A stretch of 64,000 nucleotides of DNA from Candidatus Thorarchaeota archaeon SMTZ1-45 (GCA_001563335.1 LRSL01000118.1:2-64001), one strand, 5' to 3'. Numbered from the stretch's first letter, positions 16,950 through 27,279 are shown. Notes: a model not told the origin generated them from the sequence alone. Translations and numbers: made by a program.

Positions 16950-18434
16950 CTATGGATTGTAGGCGAATGGGTGCCTTGCTGATTCTTTTCGAGCAATTAT
17001 CTCATCTACTCCCTGACGACTCTCTATTGCCCTCCTGAGCGCATGTCTCACAGCAATGAAGTTGTTAATATGAACTCGTGTCTTGTTAACCGCACTTGGG
17101 TGTACAAAGACATTTGCAGCAATAACAAGGTCCCGAACAAGTTCCTCAGGGATTATATTGTCAGTGATTGTCCGGCGCACTGCATCAGCCACAGCCCTTT
17201 GTGCAACATCATAGACCATCTTCTTGTGATCTTCTGATGTGATTGTAACTGTGGGAGCAAAAACAGTAATCAACTCAAGGTCCTTAATGATATTCGATTG
17301 ATGCGTGTCCTCTGTCACTTTCCCTGCATTCCTAATTGCCACTCTCATGGGACCATCACGAATGCCCAATATTAGATCAACATGAGCAACTTCATTACCA
17401 CCACCAAATAACGCTTCTCCATGCATCAAGGTCAGATCTGGAATCACATCTGGCACCATTCCAACAGCTTTGGGGTAAGTTTCAGACTCAATTGAACGAT
17501 TACCCATCTTGAATGTGACAATACCACGTGGGATCATCTGAAGATCCTCAAGGCAAGTTCGAATCTCATCATGCATGTCATATCCAAGAATATCTCCAAT
17601 TAGGAGAGGCCGTCTAGCAAGTCCCACTGGCACACCCATCATATTCAAAGCCGCTTTTACTGCTAGTCCACCTCCATTGTTAACAAAAATACGTACAATC
17701 TTCTGAATGCTTCTTTGAATAATACGCGCTTCTTTCAGGTCTCCTGTGGCAAGTGCTGTTTGCATCCTAATATAGCGGTCAGGAAAAACGTTGGCACTCG
17801 CTAGAATTGCACCATTACAACCAGATGCAAGTGCAGGTAAAGCAACTTCATCATGACCCACCATCACTTGGAAGTTTTCTGGTTTTCGGACCAGAATTGT
17901 CGTCAGATTTACTAGGTCGCCACTAGAATCCTTCAAACCGATTATTCCATCAATATCTCGAAGACCATCAATAAGAGTCCAATGCATGGGAACGCCAGTC
18001 ACTTGGGGAATATTGTAAACAATGATTGGTATGTCACTATTATTAGCTATCTTTTCAAAATGTTCATAGATTTCTTTGTTTGATGGCTTCAGGAAGTAGG
18101 GAGAAACGATAAGCGCTGCAGCAGCTCCAAACTCAGCAGCTCTTCGAGTCAGTTTGATAGCATCATTTGTATACGCATGGCCGGTTCCAGCAAGCACTGG
18201 AACTCTTCCTTTTGCAGCTTTGCATGCTATACGTATTGCTTCCTCTTTCTCCTCAAATCTCATGCTTGTGAACTCCCCTGTAGTTCCACATGGCACGATG
18301 CCAGTCGCGCCACTCTTAATCGTGAAATCAATGAGATTGCGATACTGTTTTTCATTCACACCATTCTTATCAAAGGGTGTAACGAGCGCAGGGTAGACAC
18401 CTTTGAAACGATATTCAGCTGTCATTGGGATCAC
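16950..18434 (-). CDS. DapA-family class I aldolase fused to a C-terminal formaldehyde-activating-enzyme (Fae)-like domain
   Basis: The N-terminal ~300 aa carry GTTGEF, YNIP and IIGLKDSSG (Schiff-base Lys). The C-terminal ~170 aa carry GEALFGGGNEVAHVDLILGIRDGP ... IIPEE ... VFVHP ... ARHPFAYNP, matching Fae as I recall it. Confidence 0.85.
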   Translation of the reverse strand: MIPMTAEYRFKGVYPALVTPFDKNGVNEKQYRNLIDFTIKSGATGIVPCGTTGEFTSMRFEEKEEAIRIACKAAKGRVPVLAGTGHAYTNDAIKLTRRAAEFGAAAALIVSPYFLKPSNKEIYEHFEKIANNSDIPIIVYNIPQVTGVPMHWTLIDGLRDIDGIIGLKDSSGDLVNLTTILVRKPENFQVMVGHDEVALPALASGCNGAILASANVFPDRYIRMQTALATGDLKEARIIQRSIQKIVRIFVNNGGGLAVKAALNMMGVPVGLARRPLLIGDILGYDMHDEIRTCLEDLQMIPRGIVTFKMGNRSIESETYPKAVGMVPDVIPDLTLMHGEALFGGGNEVAHVDLILGIRDGPMRVAIRNAGKVTEDTHQSNIIKDLELITVFAPTVTITSEDHKKMVYDVAQRAVADAVRRTITDNIIPEELVRDLVIAANVFVHPSAVNKTRVHINNFIAVRHALRRAIESRQGVDEIIARKESARHPFAYNP

Positions 18435-19825
18435 CTCCAGATTCCTTCAAGTGCGCTTTCTACAGCTTGTTTTGTTGCTGCAGTAATTTCACGACGATTT
18501 CTTGAATTCAAATCTATGTCCAAAGCCAGAATGACTACATCATCAGTCATTGTTTTTGTGGGTATCTTTTCAGATTCCAAGAAAGATGCTATAGCTTTTG
18601 CAGCACCGGATTGTACAGGTCCATAGAACAATGAAGCTTGACGCATGGAATCGATTTTTCGGGTCGGAAACATTAGAGTACTAGGTTTTACAGCAAGATT
18701 TGGCTCGAGAATAACACTTAGAGCCTCATGTCCAATCTTCGGTACTGTGAGCAGGCGTACAAATGCACTGCCAACCAATCCTGCTTTGGGACCAGTAATT
18801 ATGCCTACTGACACTATTTCGTTTGCAGCACTACTTTTCTGCAGTTCTGAAACATCTTCAAGGAGAATTCCCTGATCTTCAAGGACAGCCAGTATATTGA
18901 TGTCATCCTGAACTGATGGATGTTCCAACTTCGAGATTACACCCATCTTCTCAAGCTCTATACGAATCTCTTCCTTAATCTCAGGAATAAGGGTTCCTCC
19001 ACTGTCCAAAGGCATCCGAGAACGACCTGCATTAATACCAAGCATTCTAAGAGCGGCTTTCACTGGTGGAGCAGCCCCATATTTTAGAACCATTCGAGCA
19101 AAAGTCTGTGTGGATCTTTGGAGTTCTGCAGCCTCCTCAACTCTTCCATTCTGTGCCAAGTTCATAATTTCAAGCCAGATATGCGGGATGACATTGGCAG
19201 AAGCCATAATTGCAGCTTTTGAACCAGCTACAACTGCAGAGAGGAAACACTCGTCTGCACCTATGATGACCTCCATTTTCCCCTTAATCTTTTGAATCAG
19301 TTCCAGAATATAAGGTACGCTTCCACTGCTGTCTTTAATTCCAACAATGTTATCTAATTCAGCCAAGTCTTCAACAACATTAGAGTTCAGGACTCCAAGT
19401 GTACACTGAGGAATATTGTACATAATTATAGGGAGATTACCATCACTGGCAACTTTTTCATAGTGCTCATAATATCCCTTGTCTGTTGGCCGGAGAAAAT
19501 AAGGAGATATTACAATCGCTGCATCATATCCCAAATCAGCAGCAAACTTTGTTAACGCGATAGTTGCCCGGGTGCTATGCTGACCAGTACCAGCAATTAT
19601 TGGAACCCGTCCATCTACATATTTGACTGTAAGTTTTAGCATCTTCTTACGTTCTTCCGTTCTCAGGTATGAGAACTCACCAGTTGTGCCTAGGGCTACT
19701 ACTCCGGTTGCACCCTTCTCTATCGTATAGTCAATGACTTGCCTATACCCATCCTCACTAATATCTCCATCACGTGTGAATGGGGTCACAAGCGCAGGCA
19801 TTACTCCTTCTGGCTTGAACTTCAT
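18431..19825 (-). CDS. Second DapA-family aldolase fused to a divergent Fae-like domain
   Basis: GTTGEF, YNIP and IVGIKDSSG. The C-terminus reads ITGPKAGLVGSAF ... LSVILEPNLAVKPSTLMF ... FYGPVQSGAAKAIASFLESEKIP. The start is taken at MKFKPEGV (ATG at 19825). The stop overlaps the next start (ATGA). Confidence 0.8.
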   Translation of the reverse strand: MKFKPEGVMPALVTPFTRDGDISEDGYRQVIDYTIEKGATGVVALGTTGEFSYLRTEERKKMLKLTVKYVDGRVPIIAGTGQHSTRATIALTKFAADLGYDAAIVISPYFLRPTDKGYYEHYEKVASDGNLPIIMYNIPQCTLGVLNSNVVEDLAELDNIVGIKDSSGSVPYILELIQKIKGKMEVIIGADECFLSAVVAGSKAAIMASANVIPHIWLEIMNLAQNGRVEEAAELQRSTQTFARMVLKYGAAPPVKAALRMLGINAGRSRMPLDSGGTLIPEIKEEIRIELEKMGVISKLEHPSVQDDINILAVLEDQGILLEDVSELQKSSAANEIVSVGIITGPKAGLVGSAFVRLLTVPKIGHEALSVILEPNLAVKPSTLMFPTRKIDSMRQASLFYGPVQSGAAKAIASFLESEKIPTKTMTDDVVILALDIDLNSRNRREITAATKQAVESALEGIWR

Positions 19826-19949
19826 CAGAGAATCACCATAGCCTCGAGCTTCGAAGTGGGTATAAATGGCCTTCGATTTATGAGAGAATAAGGTCAGTAG
19901 AAATTTAGTAATAGAAGTCGCTATATGATATCTTTGTGAGAGATAAATC

Positions 19950-20270
19950 ATGCATGAATATGTAGTTGTCATGACAACATGTCCAATGGAGATTAGTGAT
20001 GAGTTGGCTCGAATCTTGGTTGAAAGTCGAGCATGTGCTTGTGTAAATATTATACCCAAGATTACTAGTGTGTACCATTGGAAAGATGAAATAGTCGTAG
20101 ATGATGAATCCCTTTTGATAATGAAGACAGAAACAAAACAATCTGAACATCTCTGGAATGTTCTGAAGGACAATCATCCCTATGAGGTTCCAGAGTTTGT
20201 TGTTCTCCCTATCGAATGGGGCTCGCAGGACTATCTTGATTGGATTTCAAAAAGCGTACAGAAACGTTGA
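19950..20270 (+). CDS. cutA: Divalent-cation tolerance protein CutA
   Basis: 106 aa with the CutA1 pattern: VVMTTCP...A..LV...ACACVNIIP...SVYHWKDEI...E..L+MKT...YEVPE. Confidence 0.85.
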   Translation: MHEYVVVMTTCPMEISDELARILVESRACACVNIIPKITSVYHWKDEIVVDDESLLIMKTETKQSEHLWNVLKDNHPYEVPEFVVLPIEWGSQDYLDWISKSVQKR

Positions 20271-20279
20271 GTCAGCCAG

Positions 20280-22730
20280 CTATGCGATATCAGCTCTGCG
20301 AGCTGCATATGTTAGGGATTCGTTAAAGTATTTTCCAACAATTGCGCATATTGCAGGACCAACAACATAGTTGATTTCCCCAGGCATTAGCTCCTTCAGA
20401 TTTGTCTTTGAGGTCAGTTTGCCTTTTCTCTTGAGAATCCCTATCTCCCGATCAATGGTGGATTTTGCTTTATCCCAAGACATGGGCTCAACACCTCGAC
20501 CTGTACCTATCAAACCCTCTTTGATTTCAAATAGACTTCGCATAATGAAAATTGATAGATTATCCATATCAGAAGAGTCTTTCATGAAATTGACACCATG
20601 CTGTGAGCATTTTGCATTGCTTGGTTCAGATCCACAAGCAGAGCATATCTTACGTCCTCTGTTTGTTTTGATATAGTATGCCAAAAGATTAGCACATTTT
20701 GTAGTGTCATTTGGAGTCCATACAAGACCCTTCGCTCCCACTCGACTTATGGCTCGAAATACTGTGCGTGCTTTGTTGTGAAGGTACATCAAAACATCAA
20801 TGCCCTCTTTCCGCTCCTCAATTCTACGTTTTTCCTTCTGTTTGGCTTCGAAGGCAAACTCCTCCTTTGCGAGTTTCTCAAGCCGCTCTTGTTTCAAGAA
20901 ACGCTGCATGATATCATAGGCTATTGCATAGTTATCGAACTCCAAACTGGTCATATCTAACGATTTATCGACAATACCCTCAAAGACTGGACTGATGGAG
21001 GTTTCAAGGTCTTTAGCAGCAGCTATCATATCCTTCGTCGAAAATCGAGCGTGCATCCATGTGCAAATTGACTGTGCATCTAACTCAGGATAAACAATCT
21101 TCATCTCGTAAATTCTCATGGATGCAAGATCAATCAAGATTTCTTCTCTAAGGAATTGCAGGGTTGTATCAGTATCTTCGTAAATACTCTTTAAAAGTGC
21201 TTTAATTCGAAGAAGGTCTTGTTTAGATCGAATATAGGATTCAACGACTCGTGTTAGATTTGTAAGAATACCAATCGTGAAATGCCAAATGAAATCGAGT
21301 CTCAAACTTACAATTGTTTCATCTTCTGTTCTCTGTTGACTGAAATCACGAGCTGATGAAATACCAAGAGAACTCAGTGCACCACTTTTAACCTGCTCAC
21401 GTGTTTCTAGAAGCCTGATGACCTCTGCAGGAGGTGGAACTCGCATTTTATTATTGAGTGCTTCGAGTACTTCTATTTCTATACCGACTAATTTTGCACG
21501 ATCCTTGGTAAACATATCTATGCTGATTTTATCAAGTTCAGTTGCACGAAGTCCTTTTGATCTAAGCATGCCCTTAACTGGTCCATTAAGTGTATTTTCT
21601 ATCTTCTCGAGAGCCTTCAATGAGCGCTCAAGCATCTCAAGTTCTTCCTTACTAATAGCTGGTGCTGATGAATCTGAAGTGCTATCAGCAGTCAATGATT
21701 TTAATCCAGGACCGATTATTGATAAGTCGCTTATACCCTTCCTTCGAAGCTGTGCTTTAACATCATCAATATCTACATTGAGAAATTTCGAAATTGTATC
21801 AAGTACGGAATCCGAATCTATTGATAAGATTTCAGCAGCTTTGGTAGTCACAACCTGTCCTAGACGAGATTCATAATTTTCTAGCGTAGTTGGAATATCG
21901 AATTCTTTCTCGAGAACTTCGAGCAAATGTAATCTAATTTCATGAGCATTCCTAAGACCCTTGAGAGTATCAATAGGTTTGCAGAATCTCTTCGTTATTG
22001 TTGATGCAATCTCATCCCAACTCTTAATTGGAATGGTTGTATCAAAAATGTGGCCCTTAGAATATTCTATTCGTCCAAATATTTTCTCAAGACCCATTTT
22101 AAGAATGGTGGTTTCGGGAACCTCTGAAGGATGTTCCCGCAGCAATTCATCTCTTAGAGATAGCGCACTCTCCTTTAAACCAGAAGCTTTGACATATAGC
22201 TCCTGTCGCCAATCTTGACCCCAACCAGTGACCTCGAGTATCAAGTCAATATCATGATTAGAATTGTATTCAGAAGGGATTTTTTTTAAGGTTTCTTTGA
22301 GTAGATTGAGTGCCTTATCTTTACTATCGGAATTAGGATTTGCACCTCCCAGTTCGTCAACGAAACAAATTATCAACTCACTTACTAGCTTAGCAACATC
22401 AATCTCCTCACGCTGTTTACCCGAGAAGAATTGTCGGACTTCAAGCTCAAGCTGTCGTCGTTCCTCCGCCCCTAGTTCATCTTTCATGTCACTGCCCGCA
22501 CTAGGCACCTCCGATGGGGTCAGAAGGCGAATACCCTGATAGCTGTGGAGATAGAATGCAGCAAAGAAGGAAAAAACATCTTCAAGCGGTCGAGGTTCCT
22601 TGAGTAGTTCGTGAAATAATTGACGATCTCTGCTACTTCGCATATGTGAAGCCAGGGCTTCTCTCAGTAGTATCTCTTTGCCAGCCTCACTCATTTGACG
22701 TGTCTTTAATACCCAAGAACTTACCATCAT
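20280..22730 (-). CDS. Large orphan alpha-helical protein with a C-terminal Cys4/His zinc-ribbon-like motif
   Basis: ~816 aa. The ATG at 22730 lies 3 nt after the upstream stop and is preceded by GAGGTGA. CSACGSEPSNAKCSQHG lies near the C-terminus. No NTPase or other catalytic motif was found. Confidence 0.8.
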   Translation of the reverse strand: MMVSSWVLKTRQMSEAGKEILLREALASHMRSSRDRQLFHELLKEPRPLEDVFSFFAAFYLHSYQGIRLLTPSEVPSAGSDMKDELGAEERRQLELEVRQFFSGKQREEIDVAKLVSELIICFVDELGGANPNSDSKDKALNLLKETLKKIPSEYNSNHDIDLILEVTGWGQDWRQELYVKASGLKESALSLRDELLREHPSEVPETTILKMGLEKIFGRIEYSKGHIFDTTIPIKSWDEIASTITKRFCKPIDTLKGLRNAHEIRLHLLEVLEKEFDIPTTLENYESRLGQVVTTKAAEILSIDSDSVLDTISKFLNVDIDDVKAQLRRKGISDLSIIGPGLKSLTADSTSDSSAPAISKEELEMLERSLKALEKIENTLNGPVKGMLRSKGLRATELDKISIDMFTKDRAKLVGIEIEVLEALNNKMRVPPPAEVIRLLETREQVKSGALSSLGISSARDFSQQRTEDETIVSLRLDFIWHFTIGILTNLTRVVESYIRSKQDLLRIKALLKSIYEDTDTTLQFLREEILIDLASMRIYEMKIVYPELDAQSICTWMHARFSTKDMIAAAKDLETSISPVFEGIVDKSLDMTSLEFDNYAIAYDIMQRFLKQERLEKLAKEEFAFEAKQKEKRRIEERKEGIDVLMYLHNKARTVFRAISRVGAKGLVWTPNDTTKCANLLAYYIKTNRGRKICSACGSEPSNAKCSQHGVNFMKDSSDMDNLSIFIMRSLFEIKEGLIGTGRGVEPMSWDKAKSTIDREIGILKRKGKLTSKTNLKELMPGEINYVVGPAICAIVGKYFNESLTYAARRADIA

Positions 22731-22733
22731 CAA

Positions 22734-25370
22734 TCACCTCAAGAATGTGTTCCCGACTGAAACAGTCAACTCATCAGCCCTGCGTTCAAAGGTTACAAGA
22801 TAGAGTAAATCATCCACTTTAGGATCCCGCAAGTACATGCGAGTTATTCTTGGGAGTGATTTCCCAAGACCACGTACCTTGGAACCCATCAAATATTCAA
22901 TGAATTCATCACCGAGATCTAGTCCTATCATAGCGGCTGCTCCAATTCCTTCTGCTTGAAGCCGGAGAACGCGTTTCCCGAAAGTAGTCGCCATATCTTT
23001 TTCTCGCTCTTTCAAGTGGTCGAGTTTGCTTTGAAGTAAATCCCTTAACTCAACATAGTACTTGAGAGAGGGATCCGGTTCAGGCTTGGGAGGAATGGAT
23101 TTCTCTTCCTTCACAGGATATTGCGTTCGTATTTCATGCAACTCTGCATCAATCGGTAGTGGCTTTGTTGGTTCCATTGGGGGCGGTGCTAGTGTTTGAT
23201 CAGTTTCACCATGTGTGATAGATTCTGCATCTTGAATAGCTCGGTAGCGTTCCATCTGTGCCATATAGTCATTTAGGGCAAGCTCATACTCTCTCATCTG
23301 GTTTTCGAACTGTTGCGTCTTTTGATCAAGTAATTTCTCACGTTTTACATTATGTTCTCGTATTGCGACATTTTCTTGTTCGATAATATGACATGTTCTT
23401 TCCCATTCCTGTATTTCCGCTTGGTATTCTTGTTCTCTTTGATCAGCTTCGAGCTTTGCACGGTTCACCATTGCGCTAGGCGTGACTGTTTCACCAACTA
23501 TTTCGTGAATAGAATTCAGAAGTTTTAGGAGAGATTCGGATTTGGTCATTGAATCATCCAGAGTTGTCTTAAAGCTCTCAACCCATTCAATTGCTTCCTT
23601 TTTCCACTCATCAGCTCTTTCACCAGCTCCTTCCACGGCAGCTTCAAGCTCTTCAACAAGACTAGCTTGTTCAGTCAGCATCTTATCTATGATGCGCCGG
23701 ATCAAGGGTTTTGAAAGGAGCGTATCTGCAACATCAGGGATGATGTCTGATACAAGATCTTGAAACTCATTTAGGAGTTTCATAAGAGCTTCTCCATGCT
23801 CAGTAAGGTCTTCAGAATCAGGAACTGCGTATTTGATAGCAATCTCTCTTTTGGCAATCTCGGCTACATTCTCAAATCCGATAAGATTCCATATGTCAAT
23901 TTTCTTGAATGATTCTATCAATTGACGTGTGACTAAATCCATGAGTTGTTTGAAGTCTTCATACTTGGTTCCCTTGAAAGCTTCTTTTGAGAAAGCTGCA
24001 TTAAGCTGCGCTTGAATCTCAGCATAGAACAGGTCAAACAAAGTGAGATCAGTGGGCCCAATATCTTCTTGTAGAGTTTCTTTCTTGAATTCTTGGAGAG
24101 CTGTGAAGAACGCCTTCTTGGCTGCATTTGTCACTAGATACTGATTAAGTTCCTTGGAGAAATATTGTAGGACTCTCTTAGCATATGCAATAACATATCT
24201 CATTGTTCCTTTTAGTTCCCAAGCACGAATCTCTCTAGCCCCTCGAAATTCACGGCTGACTGAGTTCATGATCCCATCAATGATACAAATCGCAAGGTTG
24301 TTCTTTGTTCCTGAAGAAACATCACTATTTGTAGAAACTCCAGAGGTTAATGAACTCTTATGATCCTCAATAGTCAAAGTTTTTCCTGAACTAAGATGTT
24401 CTTCCACAATATGTTCTAAGGCATTGATAGAGTCTCCTAGAATTTTTACAAACTCACCAATGCGAGGTCTTAGCGTTTCTATTTCTGATAGAGAAACCTC
24501 TGATTTGCCAAGAAATTCTATTAATGCCTTTACAACGCCCCCAACTAATTCTGACTCCTCAACCGCATAAGCATAGTAGTTTATTTCATTCAAAAGAGAC
24601 TGACCGGTTTCTGGCACAACCTTTGTTAAAGCTTCAATAGCACTAGGTGTCAATACACGATGCTTGAAATGAGCAACTAGTCTATCGTCTGGTTCATTGG
24701 GAAGTTTAAACTCTAGACTCTTTCGACCTCGGATTTTCATTCCAGGAGGTAAAAGCGTAAAATCATCAACTACTTCCAGCTTTGCAACCAAGTCAACATC
24801 GACATGGTCAGGTTTGACTTGTAGTGAGTCCCAAGACCCTTGAAACCGCCGATCAAGCATGTCAACAAAGAGAACACTGTTTAGTCGGTCAGTAAATTTA
24901 GTAATTACTGAGATTCCTTCCAACTCGTAATTCAGTTCATTATTAATCACAGCACTCTCGACATCAGAAATCTTCTTAGAAACAGCCTTCATGTATTCAT
25001 TAATTTTGAATGGATCAACAACTCCTTTTTCCCAGCTTAACACACAGACATGAGAGCCAACGCCTCCTTCACTTCCACCAGCAACCACAAGTTGATCAGG
25101 TAACACATCAGAACCAGGAGTCCTATCGAGATCCCATTCGATTGAGAGTATCTCTAATCCTTCGGATGACATCAAGGTGTCTCTAATAGTGAAAACTAGT
25201 GGGACTATGTTCATCGAAACACTTGCAGAGTGTTGCTCCAACATACTTCCAGCACCAATGGCACTTCCAATGGAATATCCAAGCCCTGTTGAAGTCCCTA
25301 ATACAGACGCAGATGCCATTCGAATTGCTTCAACAGTACTTGGGGCTTGTACATCTCTAGGGTCCGACAT
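22734..25370 (-). CDS. Large orphan protein: beta-rich N-terminal region, long helical/coiled-coil region, Pro-rich linker, small C-terminal domain
   Basis: ~878 aa from the ATG at 25370 (AGGAG upstream; the tracked start at 25412 is TTG). Heptad-rich segment EADQREQEYQAEIQEWERT...; linker LAPPPMEPTKPLP...PPKPEPDP. No recognised motif. Confidence 0.8.
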   Translation of the reverse strand: MSDPRDVQAPSTVEAIRMASASVLGTSTGLGYSIGSAIGAGSMLEQHSASVSMNIVPLVFTIRDTLMSSEGLEILSIEWDLDRTPGSDVLPDQLVVAGGSEGGVGSHVCVLSWEKGVVDPFKINEYMKAVSKKISDVESAVINNELNYELEGISVITKFTDRLNSVLFVDMLDRRFQGSWDSLQVKPDHVDVDLVAKLEVVDDFTLLPPGMKIRGRKSLEFKLPNEPDDRLVAHFKHRVLTPSAIEALTKVVPETGQSLLNEINYYAYAVEESELVGGVVKALIEFLGKSEVSLSEIETLRPRIGEFVKILGDSINALEHIVEEHLSSGKTLTIEDHKSSLTSGVSTNSDVSSGTKNNLAICIIDGIMNSVSREFRGAREIRAWELKGTMRYVIAYAKRVLQYFSKELNQYLVTNAAKKAFFTALQEFKKETLQEDIGPTDLTLFDLFYAEIQAQLNAAFSKEAFKGTKYEDFKQLMDLVTRQLIESFKKIDIWNLIGFENVAEIAKREIAIKYAVPDSEDLTEHGEALMKLLNEFQDLVSDIIPDVADTLLSKPLIRRIIDKMLTEQASLVEELEAAVEGAGERADEWKKEAIEWVESFKTTLDDSMTKSESLLKLLNSIHEIVGETVTPSAMVNRAKLEADQREQEYQAEIQEWERTCHIIEQENVAIREHNVKREKLLDQKTQQFENQMREYELALNDYMAQMERYRAIQDAESITHGETDQTLAPPPMEPTKPLPIDAELHEIRTQYPVKEEKSIPPKPEPDPSLKYYVELRDLLQSKLDHLKEREKDMATTFGKRVLRLQAEGIGAAAMIGLDLGDEFIEYLMGSKVRGLGKSLPRITRMYLRDPKVDDLLYLVTFERRADELTVSVGNTFLR

Positions 25371-25451
25371 GTGTAGACACTCCTGAACGAAAGCGAAAGC
25401 TGTAAGATACAAAGAATCAATATCGCAATCTTTTGAATATAGCTCGGTCAG

Positions 25452-26402
25452 CTATCCGACTCTCGTCCATATTCCATTTCCGAGCTCTCGTACTAATCCG
25501 GCTTCCTTCAAACCAATAAGAGTGACATGCAGAGTTGTTGTAAGTAGTGCCTCATAGCTCTGTGGAATAGGAACACTTCGAGCTTGTTTAATGTCAAATA
25601 CTAATTGCTCGATATCAGCATCACCTCGAGCACTCAACAATGTGAGCAGTGTGTCCTGTAGATGTACTATTCCATCCTTCACTTCTTGAAATTGAAGTTG
25701 AGCATCTGCAAAGATATGGGGCGAATCATGAGCAGGAAGCACGTGGTCCGCACCAAGCTTTGACATGGTTTCAATAGCTGTCAATTTAGCAACAATACTC
25801 CCAGTGTTATCAACGTAGAACTTACGAGGATCATTTGGAAAATTGTTCAACTCATCGCCTGAGAACAGTGCTTTTCGTTTGATATCAAAGAAGACGCAAT
25901 GCCCTGCAGAATGCCCTCCTGTATGAATCACTTTGAGAGTCGTTTCACCAACAGAGATGTTTTGGCCATTTACGATTAGCTCATCAGCCTCCATTCCTCG
26001 ATAATTGACACGGAGAGGGCCTTTATCGAATTTCATTGAGAATCGTTCAGCTCGGTCCATCATAAGTCGCTCATTCAAGAAGATCGAGGGAGTTTGAAGA
26101 AGTTCTGCATCATCCTTGTGAATCATTACTGGTGCACCTGTTGATTTCTTCAGGCGACTTGCTCCAGCTGCATGGTCGGGATGACCATGCGTACAGATGA
26201 TACCGAGAAGATCACTTTTTGGATTAAGACCTATATTCTTTATCGATCTCTCGAGTCGATCTCCTGGATCACCAGCAGTTCCAGGGTCTATAACAAGAAC
26301 TTCGTTCTCATCTATGAGCAGGTAGCTTGCAATGAAACCAAACTCACTTGCGAATTTTCCTCGCACAACTTGAATTCCAGGGATAATCTCAGCAGATGCC
26401 AT
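25452..26402 (-). CDS. MBL-fold metallo-hydrolase
   Basis: THGHPDH (the HxHxDH motif) plus downstream His/Asp ligands (HTGGHSAGH, SGD). Confidence 0.85.
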   Translation of the reverse strand: MASAEIIPGIQVVRGKFASEFGFIASYLLIDENEVLVIDPGTAGDPGDRLERSIKNIGLNPKSDLLGIICTHGHPDHAAGASRLKKSTGAPVMIHKDDAELLQTPSIFLNERLMMDRAERFSMKFDKGPLRVNYRGMEADELIVNGQNISVGETTLKVIHTGGHSAGHCVFFDIKRKALFSGDELNNFPNDPRKFYVDNTGSIVAKLTAIETMSKLGADHVLPAHDSPHIFADAQLQFQEVKDGIVHLQDTLLTLLSARGDADIEQLVFDIKQARSVPIPQSYEALLTTTLHVTLIGLKEAGLVRELGNGIWTRVG

Positions 26403-26515
26403 TGGTCTGGTTGAAGTTGTCCCTCCAACACTTATGATAATATCGTCTATATGCTAATCTAAACAATAAATACTAAATCGAACTACTCACAATGAACTAC
26501 CTCTGAGGTCACAAT

Positions 26516-26974
26516 ATGAAAGGAGCCTACGTTCTCATTATTAGAGTAAAACAGCCCGTGAGTGTTCAGATAAAATCACTTGGGAACATTAGCTTTGATC
26601 CAGGTGAGTGGATATATATTGGATCAGCCATGGGCGATGGTTCGACAAGCCTAGAGAATAGATTGGAACGACATTTTCGAAAAGACAAAACAATCTATTG
26701 GCATATCGATTATCTACTTGATTCCGTTGCAGAACTTGTAGAGGCTATTTGGACAAGAAGCAGCAGGTCAATAGAGTGTGACTTGGTGCATTTAATTGAT
26801 AGTCATAATGACTTTATTGCAGGTCCGAATGGATTTGGATCATCCGACTGTAAAAGGGGATCTAGTACTCATATCTACTTCTATCAAGGAAATAATATTT
26901 TACGCATTGTTCTAATTCAATCCTTTCAAGCATTGGGTTTCCAGCCTTCATTCACTCAAGATGGTCAGATATGA
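26516..26974 (+). CDS. GIY-YIG-like endonuclease family protein (DUF123/Uri superfamily)
   Basis: GAYVLII ... GEWIYIGSA ... LENRLERHF ... YWHIDYLL matches the DUF123 signature. Confidence 0.75.
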   Translation: MKGAYVLIIRVKQPVSVQIKSLGNISFDPGEWIYIGSAMGDGSTSLENRLERHFRKDKTIYWHIDYLLDSVAELVEAIWTRSSRSIECDLVHLIDSHNDFIAGPNGFGSSDCKRGSSTHIYFYQGNNILRIVLIQSFQALGFQPSFTQDGQI

Positions 26975-27045
26975 TAAGAAACGCCTAAGCAGCAAGTATT
27001 AAATGCCTCAAGCATCCATCTTTTTCAAACTGGAGGATACCGAGA

Positions 27046-27279
27046 GTGCCAGACTGGAGGAGCATTTTTCAAGATTTGAAAAATACAGGACAAACATTTA
27101 CTGTATACCTAAGATATCAACAGAAAGACACGCTTGCAAAGATACCCAATGTGAGGGTTCAAGATGTTCATGATGATCATGTAAGATTGGAGAATCCAAG
27201 TGGCTATGGAGTTCTTGGATACGAGGACATTCTATACGTGTCAATACCAAGGCAGTCAATGACCAGACCACTTCAATAG
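27046..27279 (+). CDS. Small hypothetical protein (77 aa)
   Basis: GTG-start ORF in an intergenic slot with no motif. A competing antisense ORF has equal length. Confidence 0.35.
   Translation: MPDWRSIFQDLKNTGQTFTVYLRYQQKDTLAKIPNVRVQDVHDDHVRLENPSGYGVLGYEDILYVSIPRQSMTRPLQ

Noticed and set aside
19826-20173. 116-aa N-terminal extension of the second DapA-Fae ORF (tracked as 18431-20173), and the 90-aa ORF at 19905-20177.
   Set aside because: The extension has no similarity to DapA N-termini and overlaps the well-supported cutA gene on the other strand. The DapA core begins at MKFKPEGV (19825).
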